From NCBI GenBank assembly GCA_963677925.2, contig CAXXYH010000004.1, forward strand, positions 192,001 to 256,000: DNA of 64,000 bases, in the 5' to 3' direction. A program made the translations under genes and the position numbers. Below the pieces are notes generated by a model. It saw nothing but the letters and a program-made list of their open reading frames with translations. It made no database searches and was not told where the DNA came from. Of this stretch, positions 60,211 through 64,000 are shown piece after piece; the first letter of the stretch is position 1, and each line of letters opens with the position of its first letter. The DNA comes from Spirochaetia bacterium (GTDB taxonomy: Bacteria > Spirochaetota > Spirochaetia > UBA9216).

Positions 60211-62127
60211 ATGAATACCAGAATTAATAAAGCATATTTTCTTATACCGATATTTTATTCTTTGATTATTGTATCACTGCTCTATCTTCAGTTTTCAGGC
60301 TCAAGGTCTTTTTCTGCAGAGATTGAAGGGATAAGCATAAAAGGAAGAACTACAGCCGGAAGCCCTGGAAAAGAGAGGGCCTTAAAGAACCTGCATGTCT
60401 ACTGCGGAGGAATTGATTTCTCTTTTGATGAAGAAAACCCGGTTATAATATATACTCAGGACGGACTGAACCACCTTGCGCATCCGGTTGACTACAGGGT
60501 AACCGCAACAGGAATTGATGTCCTTCTTGCCAAGAAAACCTCTGTATCTTTTTATGTTCAGCAGAACAACAAGCAGCAGATAAATATCGAAGTTACTTCT
60601 GAAGACCCCCTGTCTGTGAGGTACATTTCACTTCCCTTTTCAAGCGAAGGCTATACCGTTAGTGCAAGAGACGGCGTACCGGTAATTACCCTTGAAAATG
60701 AGGAAGACTCATCCAGATACTTTATTACCATGCCTGAAAACTGTGAATTCGATGCCGAGAATACAAAACTCAATATGTATCCTTCGGATACGACTTTCGG
60801 CTTACTGGCTGTTGAAAAAGCTCCTGAAAATATACTTGATGCCTTTGCATTCTGGTTTAACGGCAATTCGGAGCTGACAACCGAAGAAGATCTGCAGAAA
60901 GAAATAAAGGATTACCTTGATAAGTCAGTTTCAGCCATGAGAAATTCCAGATACAATTCGACCGGCGGGACCTGGGAATCGAAAACCGGACTTGATGTTT
61001 TTTCTGAGACAGCTTTAATGGCAAGCATGTCAGAGAGTGTAAATACCTCAGGCTACATCAGAACACGGGAAACGCTTGAGAACTCTGCAGCAAGAAACAG
61101 CGATGATCTTACTATTCTGAGTGCACCCCTGTTCGGAAATATTGTAAACGCCGGATGGAGCTATGATAAGAAAATCTCGGATCTTGTGAATCCGCTTGAA
61201 AGAAAATCAGGTATAGCTGATTATTCAATCTTCACCCAGCCTGAACTTATCAATGTAATAATGACCGAAAATTCGGAAAGGCTGCTCGCAAACATCCGGA
61301 AAATGTCTGAAGAACTTGCCGAGAACAGTATTGATGTAGCGACTGCTGTTTCAATCCTCGACTTCTACAACAGGATGAAAGCTGAAGCACCCGATAAAGC
61401 AGAAGACCTTCAGGGCTTTGAGACCCTGCTCAGCGATATTATCCTTCCGTCTGTAGCAATGGCAGGAAAGGGTTTGTTCATTATGACTGATGAATCAAGT
61501 TCAGAAGTTTCAGTTTCACTTACTGCAGGACTGAACATGATTCACAACCAGAGCGCCGAAGAGGCTGAAAACGTTCGCACTCTAGGACGTGAGCTTGTAA
61601 AATCGGTACTGGATCTTTCAGACAGCAGAGGCTTTCTGCCTGAGAGAGTTATTAAAAATGAAGATGATGAGGCTTTAACTGACGGAGTAATAAACCCGGA
61701 AGATGTTTACTCATTATTGAGTACAAACACCTACTATCCGGAGGAAGACTTCTTCCTTACTGAACTCGGCGAGCCGGTCAGCGTTTACAATGCCGCTGAT
61801 AATTTTGAGATTGAAAAGACCGAGACAGGATACAAAATAAGCATGGACTACCCTGCTGGGGCTATTCACTCCTTTGTAATAAGAAACTTCAAACCTTTTT
61901 ATTCGATGAATCTTCTAGGCTATCAATGGAACGCCGACCACCGCTTTATGACCTACTTCAGCGGATGGTGGTACGACAGATCGAACCAGTGCCTGTATGT
62001 AAAAATACGGCACCGATTCACAACAGAAGAGATCCTGATCGAAACAAACCGTCCGGCAGTACAGCCGGCCCCGGCAACTGAGACGTCAACCGAAACAGCA
62101 GCGCCGGCTGCGGAAACCGTACAGTAA
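60211..62127 (+). CDS. Membrane-anchored hypothetical protein
   Basis: Long ORF with an N-terminal TM helix; start ATG 60211 follows TTGCAA-17-TAATAT. Confidence 0.8.
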   Translation: MNTRINKAYFLIPIFYSLIIVSLLYLQFSGSRSFSAEIEGISIKGRTTAGSPGKERALKNLHVYCGGIDFSFDEENPVIIYTQDGLNHLAHPVDYRVTATGIDVLLAKKTSVSFYVQQNNKQQINIEVTSEDPLSVRYISLPFSSEGYTVSARDGVPVITLENEEDSSRYFITMPENCEFDAENTKLNMYPSDTTFGLLAVEKAPENILDAFAFWFNGNSELTTEEDLQKEIKDYLDKSVSAMRNSRYNSTGGTWESKTGLDVFSETALMASMSESVNTSGYIRTRETLENSAARNSDDLTILSAPLFGNIVNAGWSYDKKISDLVNPLERKSGIADYSIFTQPELINVIMTENSERLLANIRKMSEELAENSIDVATAVSILDFYNRMKAEAPDKAEDLQGFETLLSDIILPSVAMAGKGLFIMTDESSSEVSVSLTAGLNMIHNQSAEEAENVRTLGRELVKSVLDLSDSRGFLPERVIKNEDDEALTDGVINPEDVYSLLSTNTYYPEEDFFLTELGEPVSVYNAADNFEIEKTETGYKISMDYPAGAIHSFVIRNFKPFYSMNLLGYQWNADHRFMTYFSGWWYDRSNQCLYVKIRHRFTTEEILIETNRPAVQPAPATETSTETAAPAAETVQ

Positions 62128-62128
62128 A

Positions 62129-62159
62129 TAAAAACCCCTCAGCGAAACCGCCGAGGGGT
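62129..62159 (-). terminator. Intrinsic terminator between convergent genes
   Basis: ACCCCTC...GAGGGGT with a T-run on the minus strand. Confidence 0.7.
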
Positions 62160-62185
62160 GAATAATCGAAAATATTTATTAATAT

Positions 62186-64000
62186 TTACTCTGTAATGTG
62201 GAAAGTGATGCTCATGCTCAGACTGTCAATGAAATTATTAAGATTTAGACCATCATAAGTTAATATAGTTCCATCTAATGTTGCATCACCATCTGCATCA
62301 TTAGTTCCATCCCCAAAAATATCAAAATTTAATGCGCTCATTATGGACTGACCAAAGAAATCCAAGGTAACAAAACCAGTAGGCTGCCATCTAACCATGA
62401 AGTTCATCTGGCCTTCCCAGTCAGTATTAGTATAATCCACTGTTGTTGATCCTGTTGTGGAAGAACTTACAGAAGTACTTGCAGCAGGAGAAACATCTGT
62501 ACCATCCGTTGTAGTACTAGTAATCACACTGGTGGTTGTTGAATCAGCAGTAGTGCTGACTTCTTTGCTCACTGAACTGAACAGGTTATACCCACCGATA
62601 ATTGAAAGTTTGTTATCAAAAAGATTGATCGCAGCAGAAACAGGAATGATAAAATTATGAGTAAATTCGTTGTCTGTAGATTTTCCAGTGTAGGAAGTTG
62701 TGGTAACTTCAGTAACAGTTCCCTGTACATTACCTGCACCAAGGCCTACATCTGTAACCCCGGATGCATTTGTAGCCTGTGCAAGTGTTGATGTTGTATC
62801 TGTAGCAGAGGCTGTTTCTGTAGTAACTTCATTCAGATTGGAAGTACTGCCGAATGTGAAATCAGGAGCATAAAAGGCTCCGGCAGAAACTACCAGTAAA
62901 TTATCCTTGGTCTTAGCTTCAAGGACTCCTCCGACTTCAAAATTCAACAGGAATGCACTGCTTACATTTGGATTTGTAGTGGTATAGCTGTATGAATATG
63001 TTGAGTTTGTGGCCGCGCTGTCTGCTCTTGAATAGCTGATTGTTTTTGTTCCTGAAATAGTATCGGTATTAGAGTAATAACCTGCACCCATTTGAAATCT
63101 TGTTTTTGCACTTAAAATATCTGAAAGTACGAATTTCGGGTCTATTCTACCTTTTATAAGTCCTGTAAAAAATCCGTCATCAATTGCTGTCATATTTTGT
63201 GCTTCATTTCCCACAGCATCCCTTATAGTTGTAACATCAACCCATTCAGCACTGGTAGTAGCAGGAGTTGCCGCAGCGATGTGTTCACCTGCAATAGTTC
63301 CAAAATCCAGATTTGCAACACCAACAAGGTATGTAAGAGTTGAAGTATCATCTGCAGTTCCACCTGCTCCATCGGTATCAACGTATGAATCAACAACAGT
63401 TACATTTTGCGGGATGCCATAAGAAGTGCTGCCGTCACAACCTGCATCGATCTGAACTGAAGCAGTCACTGGCATTGAGTAATCAGCAATGGTGAGCGGA
63501 AGCTCTCCATTTAATGCAAGTGTCCAGTTATTATCAAGCAGCCCGGCTCCAGCAGAACCATCTTCTTTGTAACCATAGATAATATTTTTTGATATCGTCT
63601 GTTCAGCGGCAGTTGGATCAAAATCCAGCGTATCTGTACCCGGGGTGATTGCGTATGAATATGTTCCGCCTATGTATTCAGTATAATCGTTTATATTGAA
63701 GTATGCAGAGACCCCCATAAATCCGAGATCCACTCCAGAACCGATTGAGAAACTATTACCTGCAGCATAATCAGTATATGAATAAGCAGAGGTTGCTGTA
63801 TATCCGCTTACACCGTCAACGTTGGTATCATCATTTACATAGGTTGTTGATTCTGAATATTCTGAGTTGAGCTCTCCTCCGTTGGTTGGATAATTATCAA
63901 GAAGCTCAGTATAAAACTCTTCAAATCCTAATACTATTCCAGCCTGAAAGCCCATAACAGGCATAAGATATCCTAGTGAGAATGCTACATCACCTGATAA
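62186..64000 (-). CDS. Large Thr/Ser-rich outer-membrane/surface protein, 5' end outside the window
   Basis: Frame stays open past 63964 to 64000 (LSGDVAFSLGYLM); alternating beta-strands with long T/S-rich loops, C-terminal SMSITFHITE. Confidence 0.75.
   Translation of the reverse strand, partial: LSGDVAFSLGYLMPVMGFQAGIVLGFEEFYTELLDNYPTNGGELNSEYSESTTYVNDDTNVDGVSGYTATSAYSYTDYAAGNSFSIGSGVDLGFMGVSAYFNINDYTEYIGGTYSYAITPGTDTLDFDPTAAEQTISKNIIYGYKEDGSAGAGLLDNNWTLALNGELPLTIADYSMPVTASVQIDAGCDGSTSYGIPQNVTVVDSYVDTDGAGGTADDTSTLTYLVGVANLDFGTIAGEHIAAATPATTSAEWVDVTTIRDAVGNEAQNMTAIDDGFFTGLIKGRIDPKFVLSDILSAKTRFQMGAGYYSNTDTISGTKTISYSRADSAATNSTYSYSYTTTNPNVSSAFLLNFEVGGVLEAKTKDNLLVVSAGAFYAPDFTFGSTSNLNEVTTETASATDTTSTLAQATNASGVTDVGLGAGNVQGTVTEVTTTSYTGKSTDNEFTHNFIIPVSAAINLFDNKLSIIGGYNLFSSVSKEVSTTADSTTTSVITSTTTDGTDVSPAASTSVSSSTTGSTTVDYTNTDWEGQMNFMVRWQPTGFVTLDFFGQSIMSALNFDIFGDGTNDADGDATLDGTILTYDGLNLNNFIDSLSMSITFHITE

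Noticed and set aside
1-64000. CRISPR arrays, tRNA/rRNA genes, IS elements, prophage
   Set aside because: None recognised by eye; intergenic gaps are short and show no repeat-spacer, cloverleaf or transposase signatures. Tool scans were not run.

Overview
Gene-dense bacterial chromosome segment, probably from a free-living Spirochaetales (inferred from 'FAGG..E'/'ANGQQE'-type solute-binding-protein leaders and the spirochaete-like chemoreceptor and outer-membrane proteins). I found no rRNA, tRNA, transposase, integrase or CRISPR array. Layout: (1) 1-8 kb: AT-richer accessory block. A 3'-truncated TPR (probably TPR-CHAT) gene missed by the ORF track sits divergent from an M48 peptidase-TerB fusion, an atypical ECF-like sigma factor and a small possible anti-sigma; orphan exported proteins follow. 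(2) 8-21.4 kb: cello-oligosaccharide locus (GH5-HEAT lipoprotein, GH1, ABC transporter, LacI, two GH94 phosphorylases, ROK). (3) 21.5-28.1 kb: the best candidate for an undescribed system, a glycyl radical enzyme with an atypical GCLD cysteine loop plus a TctBAC transporter and a MerR regulator. The enzyme and transporter are each preceded by a near-identical 19-bp-spacer MerR-type promoter with a CueR-like dyad, and there is no activase in the window. (4) 28-64 kb: mixed housekeeping genes (bcp, MCP, degenerate GGDEF, pfkA, ppk1, ptsP, CoA-disulfide reductase fusion, Mo-bisPGD enzyme, outer-membrane proteins), with a DUF1893-ABC ATPase fusion, a candidate ~120-nt structured sRNA carrying two anti-Shine-Dalgarno motifs, and several apparently leaderless genes. 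All family calls come from motifs recognised by eye; no database search was run.
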